Source: Candidatus Krumholzibacteriia bacterium (GTDB taxonomy: Bacteria > Krumholzibacteriota > Krumholzibacteriia > WVZY01). From it: a stretch of DNA of 14,021 nt. The notes under the pieces were generated by a model. The model did not search any database. It was not told where the DNA came from and worked only from the letters and a program-made list of their open reading frames with translations. This document shows positions 1 through 6,972 of this stretch, in pieces; within the stretch, counting starts at the first letter, position 1, and every line of letters begins with the position of its first letter. The stretch is taken from the NCBI GenBank assembly GCA_046754105.1, contig JBHHVD010000080.1, positions 1 to 14,021 of the forward strand, written 5' to 3'. The translations under genes and the position numbers were made by a program.

Positions 1-138
1 CTTCGCGCCGTCTGCTCCAATCGCCACGTCGCCACGCTGCCTTTCGGCCGGCGTGCGGTGGGGATTGAGCTGCGGCGCCTTCGCGCCGTCTGCTCCAATC
101 GCCACGTCGCCACGCTGCCTTTCGGCCGGCGTGGCGAC
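1..138 (-). repeat. Tandem structured repeat (78-nt period, two hairpins per unit), REP/BIME-like or ncRNA array; truncated by the window edge
   Basis: 1-55 is identical to 79-133. On the - strand each unit folds into CACGC-CG-GCC-GAAA-GGC-A-GCGTG plus a longer hairpin GTGGCGATTG-GAGC..CGGCGC-GAAG-GCGCCG..GCT-CAATCCCCAC. 106-115 and 129-138 are a perfect 10-bp inverted repeat. Confidence 0.85.
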
Positions 139-139
139 T

Positions 140-168
140 ATTATAGGACACTCGCCCGAAACATTCAA
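140..168 (-). promoter_or_regulatory. Sigma70-type promoter pointing left into the repeat
   Basis: - strand TTGAAT (168-163), 17-nt spacer, TATAAT (145-140). Predicted +1 near 133. Confidence 0.65.
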
Positions 169-227
169 CGCCGGTGCTGCATCAGCGTGCGGACGGCTCC
201 CGTGGGGGCTATGGGGCCTCCAGGCCG

Positions 228-854
228 CTAGAACGGATCCGGCACGTCCTCGAGGGTTTCCTCGACGATCACCTGGATGCTGAGCCACGCCTTCCAGTCG
301 AAATCCAGCACGTCCGTTGCGCTCGGGTTCGGGTCGACATTACCGTTTTGCACGGTGAAGACCAGGATCGGATTCTGCCCGTCGATGAAATCCTGCAGCG
401 CCCCGTTCAACAGGGCGACGCCGGCCGGATCGAGGTCGGCGGTGATCTTTTCACCGAGCGCGCCCTGTACCGAGACCGAGTCGTAGTTGACGATCGTGGC
501 GGGCCCGAGAATCGAGCCCGGCCCACCGGGGTCGGTGCGCTCGATGGCAATGGCGCCGGTGATTTCCCAATCGTGCGCGTGCGAGAAACGGGTGACGCCG
601 TAGGACACGCTGACCAGAGAGGCGTTGACGATCATCGACCGGTCCATATCCTCTTCCACGAGGACGTCGTTTATCTCCTGGGCGTAATCGAGAACCAGCG
701 GCGTGGTAAAGGTCTCCGACTCGTGGCGTTCGTGGAATTCCACGAACGTCTCGTCGGAAAAGACGATCTGGACAACCTTGTCTTCCAGGACGCAGCCGCC
801 ACCGAGCGCCAGAACGACGAGGAGAACACCGATAGTTTTGATATATTTCGACAT
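228..854 (-). CDS. Acidic hypothetical lipoprotein (208 aa)
   Basis: Start MSKYIK at 854 follows RBS GAGGAGGG, which overlaps the upstream gene's TGA at 868-870. Basic n-region, hydrophobic h-region and lipobox LGGG-C. No family recognised. Confidence 0.8.
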   Translation of the reverse strand: MSKYIKTIGVLLVVLALGGGCVLEDKVVQIVFSDETFVEFHERHESETFTTPLVLDYAQEINDVLVEEDMDRSMIVNASLVSVSYGVTRFSHAHDWEITGAIAIERTDPGGPGSILGPATIVNYDSVSVQGALGEKITADLDPAGVALLNGALQDFIDGQNPILVFTVQNGNVDPNPSATDVLDFDWKAWLSIQVIVEETLEDVPDPF

Positions 855-867
855 TTTCGCTCCCTCC

Positions 868-1770
868 TCAATTCCCGATGGCGAGCCCGAAGGCGAAGCC
901 GCTCTGCTCGGCAATATTGTATTCGCCGTGAACGTTCAAGATAGCCAGGTTGAGCCCCAACCCCACCGTCAGGTGCAGCGAGCTCTCGGACTCGAACGCG
1001 AGGTCGATGGTTTGCGGCGCTCCCAGCGCGTCGCTTTCGTAGAGGACGTCGAGCGAGAAGCGGTCCCACGACACGCCGGCGTAGGGCTGCAGCAGAACCA
1101 TATCCTTACTCGCCTGCAGGCCGATGCTGAACGCCTTGGTGTCGACGAGGTCGCCGCCCATCTCGAACGACTGCCAGAAAAATCCGCCGGAGAGGTCGAG
1201 TGGAAAAAGCGGGCCGAAATACTGGGAGAAGCTGTGACGCACGCCGAAGCCAAAGAGTTTGATGTCGCCGAGTTCAACGTCCCCGGTATCGACGGCGAAG
1301 AACCGTATCACGCCCTCGGTACCGGCGAAGGCACCGAAGCGCACCTGCGGCACCGCAATCGCGAACGAACTCAGGTCAAAACCCCCGGGAAACGCGAACG
1401 TCGTCCCTCCCGTCCCTGGAACCGTGACGACCGCGCCCGACCCGACGATGGTCGGCGCTTGCACGGTCTGCGGCGGATCGAACAGGCCTTCGGTGGTTGC
1501 GAGAAACGTCCTGTCCTCGTTGTCGAACATGACGGACATCACTTTGACTTCCACACTGAGGTGGGGGTGGGAGGGGATGCGCGCGGAATGGTAGAGGCCG
1601 CTGTTGAGGTCGGCGCCGAAGGCGTCCGCCAGCGGCTGAAGGTAGCCCGTGGCGTTCAGCCCCGTGTAGGCCGACAACTGGTTGCCGATCTGGGCGCCGG
1701 CGGGGCACGCCGCGAGCAGCGCCAGTACGGCTAACCCCAAACCCTTCACATATCGGACGAGAGCGGGCAT
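868..1770 (-). CDS. DUF6588-like exported protein, probable outer-membrane beta-barrel (300 aa)
   Basis: ATG at 1770 with AAGGAG at 1782-1777. Signal peptide ends ...PAGA-Q. The N-terminal motif GYLQPLADAFGADLNSGLYHSA is typical of DUF6588 proteins, followed by alternating amphipathic strands (GFGVRHSFSQY, QPYAGVSWD, HLTVGLGLNL, VHGEYNI). Confidence 0.7.
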   Translation of the reverse strand: MPALVRYVKGLGLAVLALLAACPAGAQIGNQLSAYTGLNATGYLQPLADAFGADLNSGLYHSARIPSHPHLSVEVKVMSVMFDNEDRTFLATTEGLFDPPQTVQAPTIVGSGAVVTVPGTGGTTFAFPGGFDLSSFAIAVPQVRFGAFAGTEGVIRFFAVDTGDVELGDIKLFGFGVRHSFSQYFGPLFPLDLSGGFFWQSFEMGGDLVDTKAFSIGLQASKDMVLLQPYAGVSWDRFSLDVLYESDALGAPQTIDLAFESESSLHLTVGLGLNLAILNVHGEYNIAEQSGFAFGLAIGN

Positions 1771-1937
1771 AGATATCTCCTTATACGAAGTGACTAGTAC
1801 CCTGGAGAAGCGTGGAATCGTGCCCCGCGAGCGATGACGCGACGCGGGCCGCATTATTCCGGTGCGCCCTGGCCGGTGACGGCTATGAAACCGTGATGAT
1901 ACTACGCCGGCGTTGTAGTGTAAACGCGCAAAAAGGG

Positions 1938-1952
1938 GCAAGAACGGTGCCA
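1938..1952 (-). promoter_or_regulatory. Putative sigma54 (-24/-12) promoter for the DUF6588-lipoprotein pair
   Basis: - strand TGGCAC-CGTTC-TTGC matches the TGGCAC-N5-TTGC consensus. It is intergenic and correctly oriented, about 170 nt upstream of the 1770 start. Confidence 0.55.
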
Positions 1953-1984
1953 CTATAAGGGGAAAAGGGCGGCCCGGCGGGTGT

Positions 1985-2716
1985 TTACTCGTCGCCCTCG
2001 ATCGGAAAATCGAGGCGGAGGGTCTCCCCCGCGGTGACGGTGACGGGCTGTTCGAATTCTCCCAGGCCTTCGTGCCACACCGTGAGCGTGTACTCACCGG
2101 GGGGGATACGTTCGACGGCGTAGTGCCCGCTCTCGTCGGTCACGGAGAAATAAGGGTTGTCATGTACGACGACGAAGGCCTTCATCCACTCGTGCACGTC
2201 ACAGTTGAACTCCACGACACCGGTCTTGTCGAGGACGAAAGCCTGGGCGGCCGCGTCACCGGCTGGCTGGGCGATATTGAAAAGCGTCGGCTTTTTGAAT
2301 TCGCTCTGCACGTGATAGGCATGAACGTTGTGAAAGGTCGGATCGCTGTTGGTGACCAGGAGCTTCGCGCCCCTTCTCGCCACCTGCACGTGTGGTACGT
2401 AGGCGCACCCTTTCTGGTCGAGCGTGACCTCCGCGGCGCCCTCGCCTGCCGGATCGCCGCTTAGCCGGATGACGACGTTTTTCAGCCCCTTGTTCGCCTT
2501 CGAGACTACGAATTCCTGCGAGACCTTGTGCGGCCCGCACACGTCAGCGTTGCGCGTGACGCGGATGCGTTCCGGTTCCGGCAGCTGGACGTTGAAGAGA
2601 ACGCTTCCCTCTATGGCGCCGGTGCCGTCCTGGGCGCCACTCGCGCCCCCGAACGCCACGAGGCCGCCGAGTACTACCGGCACCATTCCGTAACGTATCG
2701 CTTTTTCAAGCCTCAT
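1985..2716 (-). CDS. Exported cupredoxin-like / carboxypeptidase-regulatory-like domain protein (243 aa)
   Basis: RBS AAGGAG (2729-2724) and a signal peptide. Family motifs DQKGCAYVPHV, NSDPTFHNVH and CDVHEWM (type-1 Cu His...Cys-x2-His-x2-Met), then PYFSVTDESGHY...PPGEYTLTVWHE. Confidence 0.85.
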   Translation of the reverse strand: MRLEKAIRYGMVPVVLGGLVAFGGASGAQDGTGAIEGSVLFNVQLPEPERIRVTRNADVCGPHKVSQEFVVSKANKGLKNVVIRLSGDPAGEGAAEVTLDQKGCAYVPHVQVARRGAKLLVTNSDPTFHNVHAYHVQSEFKKPTLFNIAQPAGDAAAQAFVLDKTGVVEFNCDVHEWMKAFVVVHDNPYFSVTDESGHYAVERIPPGEYTLTVWHEGLGEFEQPVTVTAGETLRLDFPIEGDE

Positions 2717-2796
2717 CGTATTTCTCCTTCGCAGTCAGGCGGCGCATGCAACCGACCGTGCGGGACCCACGAGCCGCTTTGCACGAGCGCTCCCGC

Positions 2797-3846
2797 TCAG
2801 CGGCCGGAGCGCTTGAAGCGGAACTTCTTCTTCGCCGGCGCGATACTCTTTAAGTATTCGTAGATGGAATCCGCTTCCCCGTCGGTCATATCTCCCTTCC
2901 ACGCCGGACACGGCAGAGGCTCCGGCCCCGCGGGGTCCAGTGCCGCAGGCCGGCGGCCGGAGAGGATGATGTCCTTGATCGCTTCGCGCGAATGGTCGCG
3001 CGCCGCCGCCACGATCACCGGCATCTCCTCGTCGGGTGCCGCGTTCACGTTCGCGTATCCGCCCTGTCCTCTCTGCCCGTGGCAGCCGTCACACCCGAAC
3101 CTCATATAGACCATCGCGCCGACCTCGCGCGGGCGGGCGTCGAGGAAAAACGCTGTGTTGTCCTCCCAGTGTTTCGCATCCTCGTTGCGGCCGCCTTTGA
3201 GCCCGTGCAGGTACGCGACCAGGGCCGCGCGTTCTTCATCCGACAGGTGGAAGTTGGGCATGAACGTGCCCGGTTTCATCGTGGGCGGGTCTCTTAGCCA
3301 CTCGCTCTCCCACTTCTGCGGGCGTCGCTCGCCGATCCACGTCAGGTTGGGTCCGATGAATCGACCCGCATCGCCGATTCGGTGGCACGCCGTGCAGTCG
3401 TAGGCCTCAAAGAGCAGGCGGCCCTTTTCCTCGGGCGCCGCCGCCCCGGCCATGATCGCCCGTGTATCGACATCCCGCTTGAGGTCCTTCAGATAGCCGA
3501 CGAGTTCTTCCAGCTCCGATTCGCTGAAGCTGAAATTCGGCATTTTGGTCCCGTCCTTGATGGCGTTCGGGTCACTGAGCCAGGTTCGAAGCCACTCGAC
3601 GCTACGCCGGTTCGCCACCTGGTCGAGGTTCGGCCCCACGGTGCCGCCGCCACCGGCCACCTCGTGACAGGTCACGCAGCCGCGGTCACGAACGATCGCG
3701 CTGCCCACGAAACGCTTTTGCGCGGGAGTTATGCCATCGGCGGCCGCGCCGCCAACCGCAGGACCGCCACCGGAGCAGGCGCTGTAGAGTAGCACCAACG
3801 GCACGGCCAGAATGCCGTATCGAGCCTTCACGGTATTCGGGCTCAC
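2797..3846 (-). CDS. Tri-haem c-type cytochrome lipoprotein (349 aa)
   Basis: GTG start overlaps the upstream stop (GTGA). Lipobox YSA-C. Three CxxCH motifs (CVTCH, CTACH, CDGCH). Domains 1 and 2 are duplicated GPNL...WL.DP....PGT.MPNF class I modules; domain 3 ends in CPAW...ADSIYEYLKSI. Confidence 0.9.
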   Translation of the reverse strand: MSPNTVKARYGILAVPLVLLYSACSGGGPAVGGAAADGITPAQKRFVGSAIVRDRGCVTCHEVAGGGGTVGPNLDQVANRRSVEWLRTWLSDPNAIKDGTKMPNFSFSESELEELVGYLKDLKRDVDTRAIMAGAAAPEEKGRLLFEAYDCTACHRIGDAGRFIGPNLTWIGERRPQKWESEWLRDPPTMKPGTFMPNFHLSDEERAALVAYLHGLKGGRNEDAKHWEDNTAFFLDARPREVGAMVYMRFGCDGCHGQRGQGGYANVNAAPDEEMPVIVAAARDHSREAIKDIILSGRRPAALDPAGPEPLPCPAWKGDMTDGEADSIYEYLKSIAPAKKKFRFKRSGR

Positions 3847-4409
3847 TTACCCACTTCAACCGCATCGCCGTTGCTCAGCGACGAGATGTACTGGGCGAGA
3901 TAGAACGACTCGGGGCTGTTGAGCGGCAGCCTCTTGCCTTTCATGAACATGCGGATGCAGTTGTTGTTCATCATCTCGAGGGTGATGACCTCGTCGTTGG
4001 GCACTTTGAATCTTGGAAAACGCGCCGCCGCGCCTACGAGCGAGGGGATCGGCAACCGGTATGGGCCGTGTCCCATCTTCTTGGCTATCTCCGCCTCGCC
4101 ACCGGTCGTAGTGCCGCCGGGGTGGCACGACTCGCAGCTCTGTCCGTTCGAGCCCAGGCGCTCGTCCCTGAACAGTTTCTTGCCCATCGCGAGCGCTTCC
4201 CCGCTCCGCTTCATCATGTAGGGCTTTGCCTTGTCCATTCCCATCCCCATCACCTTGTCCATGTTGGCGAGCGCGGCGTCCCCCTTGCCCTTCTCGACTT
4301 CGCCGAACTGGTCCTTGTTCGGGTGCCGTGAGACGGTGCTGCACCCGACGACGAGCGCCGCCGCCAGCGCGGCGACGCACAAAACGAAAGCTTGCTTTGA
4401 CGTTTTCAT
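3843..4409 (-). CDS. Mono-haem SoxA/TsdA-type cytochrome c lipoprotein, paralog B (188 aa)
   Basis: ATG at 4409 with AAGGAG at 4423-4418. Lipobox VVG-C. NGQSCESCH, then ARFPRF...VITLEMMNNNCIRMFMKGKRLPLNSPE...YISSLSNG, which matches the SoxA/TsdA pattern (YP.Y..TL..RIN.C....M.G..L...S.E..AL..Y..SLS.G). Confidence 0.8.
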   Translation of the reverse strand: MKTSKQAFVLCVAALAAALVVGCSTVSRHPNKDQFGEVEKGKGDAALANMDKVMGMGMDKAKPYMMKRSGEALAMGKKLFRDERLGSNGQSCESCHPGGTTTGGEAEIAKKMGHGPYRLPIPSLVGAAARFPRFKVPNDEVITLEMMNNNCIRMFMKGKRLPLNSPESFYLAQYISSLSNGDAVEVGK

Positions 4410-4443
4410 GATCACATCTCCTTGGGTCGCGAAGGCGCCCGGG

Positions 4444-4989
4444 CTAGTTGGCTTGTCCGATCTGAACGCTCTCGCCGTTGCTCAGCGATGAAATATACAT
4501 ACTGAGCGCGATCGCTTCCCGGGAGTTCAACTCGAGTCCTTTCCCGTCCATGAACATGCGGATGCAGTTGTTGTTCATCTGCGCAAGGGTAACCACCCGG
4601 TCGTTCGGCACCTTGTACTTCGGGAAACGCGCCGATGCGCCGACGAGCGTGGGGATCGGGATCCTGTAGTCCCGCATTGGGATCTGCGCTTCGCCGCCGG
4701 TCGTGCTTCCACCCGGGTGGCACGACTCGCAGCTCTGGCCGTTCTTGCCGATACCGGGGTCGCGAAACAGCCGCTTGCCGTCGTCGAGCATCGCCATTTG
4801 TTTCCTTTTCATGTGTTCTGCGCGCTCAGAAGGGGTCATGTCCTTCATGACCTTGTCCATGTTGACCATGGCGCCCATGAGATCCCCCTTACCCATCATC
4901 TTGGCCATCGTGCCGCCCATCATGCTGCACGAGCTGAGAACCGTGGCCATGGCGACTATGGCAAGGGGAAATAGCACTTTCTTCGACAT
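4444..4989 (-). CDS. Mono-haem SoxA/TsdA-type cytochrome c lipoprotein with Met-rich N-terminus, paralog A (181 aa)
   Basis: RBS GAGGAGG (5000-4994). Lipobox LSS-C. NGQSCESCH, FPKYK...VVTLAQMNNNCIRMFMDGKGLELNSREAIALSMYISSLSNG. About two-thirds identical to paralog B over the haem domain (hand alignment 75/112). Confidence 0.8.
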   Translation of the reverse strand: MSKKVLFPLAIVAMATVLSSCSMMGGTMAKMMGKGDLMGAMVNMDKVMKDMTPSERAEHMKRKQMAMLDDGKRLFRDPGIGKNGQSCESCHPGGSTTGGEAQIPMRDYRIPIPTLVGASARFPKYKVPNDRVVTLAQMNNNCIRMFMDGKGLELNSREAIALSMYISSLSNGESVQIGQAN

Positions 4990-5180
4990 GATTCCTCCTC
5001 AATCCTGCATGGTTACACAGGCGGGGGCGGGTTGAACCTCGGGGGTACGGCCGATCCCCCACCACCAACCGCAACACTATAAGACCTTTCGTCGCTTGCT
5101 GCCACGTTTCATTACAGGAAAAGTGACGGCACCGCCGGCCGCCAACCGGTTGTGTGGATTGTGGTTATGGCTGGGCGTCC

Positions 5181-5269
5181 ACGAGCTTCGCTGCTCGTTT
5201 CGCGCGGGTCCCGTCGCCGATTACCCCCATCGGCGCCACCCGCGCGAAACGGGCAACGAGTATCGCTCG
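5181..5269. repeat. Long intergenic inverted repeat with flanking short direct repeats (possible terminator, RNA element or MITE-like relic)
   Basis: 5192-5209 pairs with 5238-5255 (17/18). Inner stem 5215-5221/5229-5235. ACGAGCTTCGCT (5181-5192) versus ACGAGTATCGCT (5256-5267). Confidence 0.7.
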
Positions 5270-5271
5270 CA

Positions 5272-6498
5272 CTAGCGCGACGCACGCGACTCGCGTGCGA
5301 TGCGCTCGACCTCGCGCCACACGCGTAAGACGTTACCGGAACACATTTTTTCAATATGCTCCTCGCTGTAGCCCCGGGCGAGCAGCGTGGCGATCAGGTT
5401 GGGATACTGCGAGACGTCTTTCAGGCCCGTGGGCAGCGAATCCCCCACCCCGTCGAAATCCGAGCCGAAACCCACGTGGTCGACGCCCACCAGGCGTACG
5501 ACGTGGTCGATATGGTTGGCCACGTCGGAGACGTCCGCGAACCCGACGGGGTTCTTCTCGAAATACGCCTTGCGCCACGCCCTGGCCTCCTTGCCACCCG
5601 GCTCGAGGCCGTTTTCGAGGGCGTACTCCTCGGCCTTGTCCTTGCCGGCGTAGAAACGGCGCCGGCACTCGTCGCTGATGAAAATGGACCCGAAGTTGAT
5701 CTGGATGACCCCGCCCTTCCTGGCGAGCAGCCGGATCATGTCGTCATCCATGTTGCGCTCGAACCCCGGCGTGAAGTGGCGGGCGGAGGAGTGCGAGGCG
5801 ACGACCGGGGCGTGGGACAACTCCATGACCTGGTAGAAGGCCTCATCGGAGAGATGCGAGACGTCGATGATGATGCCGAGGCGGTTCATTTCCGCGACGA
5901 CCTTCTTACCGAACGGGCTCAGCCCGCCCCAGGTCCCGCTGGTGTCATACGACGAGTCGCAGATATGGTTGTCCTTCGAGTGCGTGAGCGTTATATAACG
6001 CACACCCCTGCCGAAGAAATACGCGAGGTTTTCGAGTTCGCCCTCGACCGGCGAGCCGTTCTCCATACCGAGCATCAGCGCGATCCGGTTCGCATCAACC
6101 GCCTCCCTGACCTCGTCCACCGACGCGGCCAACGCGAACTTGGCCGGCCATTGCACCGCGAACCCCTCGACGAGGTCTATCAGGCTGTCGGCGAGCGCCT
6201 TCGAGCCACCTTGCTTCTCCAGCTCCCAAGGTGTGTAGATCGACATGAAAACGGCGTCGAGGCCGCCCTCGCGCGCGCGCGGGTAATCGAAATCGCCGTC
6301 CTCGGTGGCGGCCGAGATATTGTCCATCTTCTTCCACAATCGGTACGGCACATCGATGTGCGTATCGGCGATGATGAACTCCTGCGCGAGGCGTTTCGCG
6401 TCTGCGAGATACCGGGCCTCGACGAGTCGTCCGCCGTCCGCTTTCTCGCCCGCGCCCGAGAACAACGCAAACATGGCCACTATTGGAATAACGCTCAT
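5272..6498 (-). CDS. Membrane (renal-type) dipeptidase, peptidase family M19 (408 aa)
   Basis: Motifs DTHID, GMENG, YITLTH, IDVSH, VASHS and GFGSDFDG. The likely start is MSVIPIV at 6498 with GGGAG upstream; the longer 6597 start overlaps the neighbouring gene. Confidence 0.92.
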   Translation of the reverse strand: MSVIPIVAMFALFSGAGEKADGGRLVEARYLADAKRLAQEFIIADTHIDVPYRLWKKMDNISAATEDGDFDYPRAREGGLDAVFMSIYTPWELEKQGGSKALADSLIDLVEGFAVQWPAKFALAASVDEVREAVDANRIALMLGMENGSPVEGELENLAYFFGRGVRYITLTHSKDNHICDSSYDTSGTWGGLSPFGKKVVAEMNRLGIIIDVSHLSDEAFYQVMELSHAPVVASHSSARHFTPGFERNMDDDMIRLLARKGGVIQINFGSIFISDECRRRFYAGKDKAEEYALENGLEPGGKEARAWRKAYFEKNPVGFADVSDVANHIDHVVRLVGVDHVGFGSDFDGVGDSLPTGLKDVSQYPNLIATLLARGYSEEHIEKMCSGNVLRVWREVERIARESRASR

Positions 6499-6524
6499 GA
6501 GGATCTCCCGGTTGGTCGAAAGGA

Positions 6525-6932
6525 CTACGACAACTGTGTCTTGCAGTAATGACAGACGGCGTCTCTCTTGTGGGCGGGTTGGCCGCACCCGGGGCACCGA
6601 CGCATTTCTTCCTGGGCGGAAATGATCTCACGGGCGCGTTCGGCATCCTGTTCCCGCACGAGAATTTTCACTTCCGCCAGGCCGTCGACCGTAAAGCCGT
6701 GGGTGAGCCGCAGCGATTCACCACTGAACATCGAGTTGATACCGCTGCTTTCGAGAAGCGACCGGATCAGCTGCGCTTCCATCTCGCCTTGAGTATACCA
6801 TACTTCCACGAGCGCCCCTTGCGTTTCGTCCGAAGTCGGGTCCGGCAGTTGCGCGACCAGGTCGACACGGCAATCTTCGCAGGTCGACGTTTCTTCGGTG
6901 TACTCGCAGCGGCATTGTGGGCAAAACGGCAT
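6525..6932 (-). CDS. DUF2007-like (putative signal-transducing) protein flanked by two zinc ribbons (135 aa)
   Basis: ATG at 6932 with GGAGG at 6942-6938. N-terminal CPQC..EY......CEDC, core EAQLIRSLLESSGI...VKILVREQDAERAREII, C-terminal CPGC.........CHYC. Confidence 0.85.
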   Translation of the reverse strand: MPFCPQCRCEYTEETSTCEDCRVDLVAQLPDPTSDETQGALVEVWYTQGEMEAQLIRSLLESSGINSMFSGESLRLTHGFTVDGLAEVKILVREQDAERAREIISAQEEMRRCPGCGQPAHKRDAVCHYCKTQLS

Positions 6933-6972
6933 ACTCACCTCCACCTACACTGGCAGACGTTTTCGACGATGT

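Noticed and set aside
1..133. CRISPR array
   Set aside because: Only two copies are visible, the repeat is at least 55 nt, the 23-nt intervening segment base-pairs with the repeat (so it is structural, not a spacer), and no cas genes are present in the window.
174..1734. + strand ORFs 174..944 and 703..1734
   Set aside because: Antisense shadows of - strand genes that have RBSs, signal peptides and family motifs; typical of high-GC DNA.
1771..2097. Long N-terminal extension of ORF 868..2097
   Set aside because: It overlaps the cupredoxin gene and is low-complexity Arg/Pro/Ser. The real start at 1770 has AAGGAG and a signal peptide.
3843..3845. Selenocysteine or read-through fusion at the TGA of paralog B
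   Set aside because: Paralog A ends at the equivalent position, and the next gene starts in another frame with its own signal peptide (ordinary GTGA coupling).
3843..4989. Assigning gene symbols soxA or tsdA
   Set aside because: These are single small domains, the Arg at Cys-4 is missing, and there is no soxX/Y/Z/B context or second TsdA haem, so orthology is not supported.
5181..5269. Integron attC site
   Set aside because: No RYYYAAC...GTTRRRY ends and no integrase in the window.
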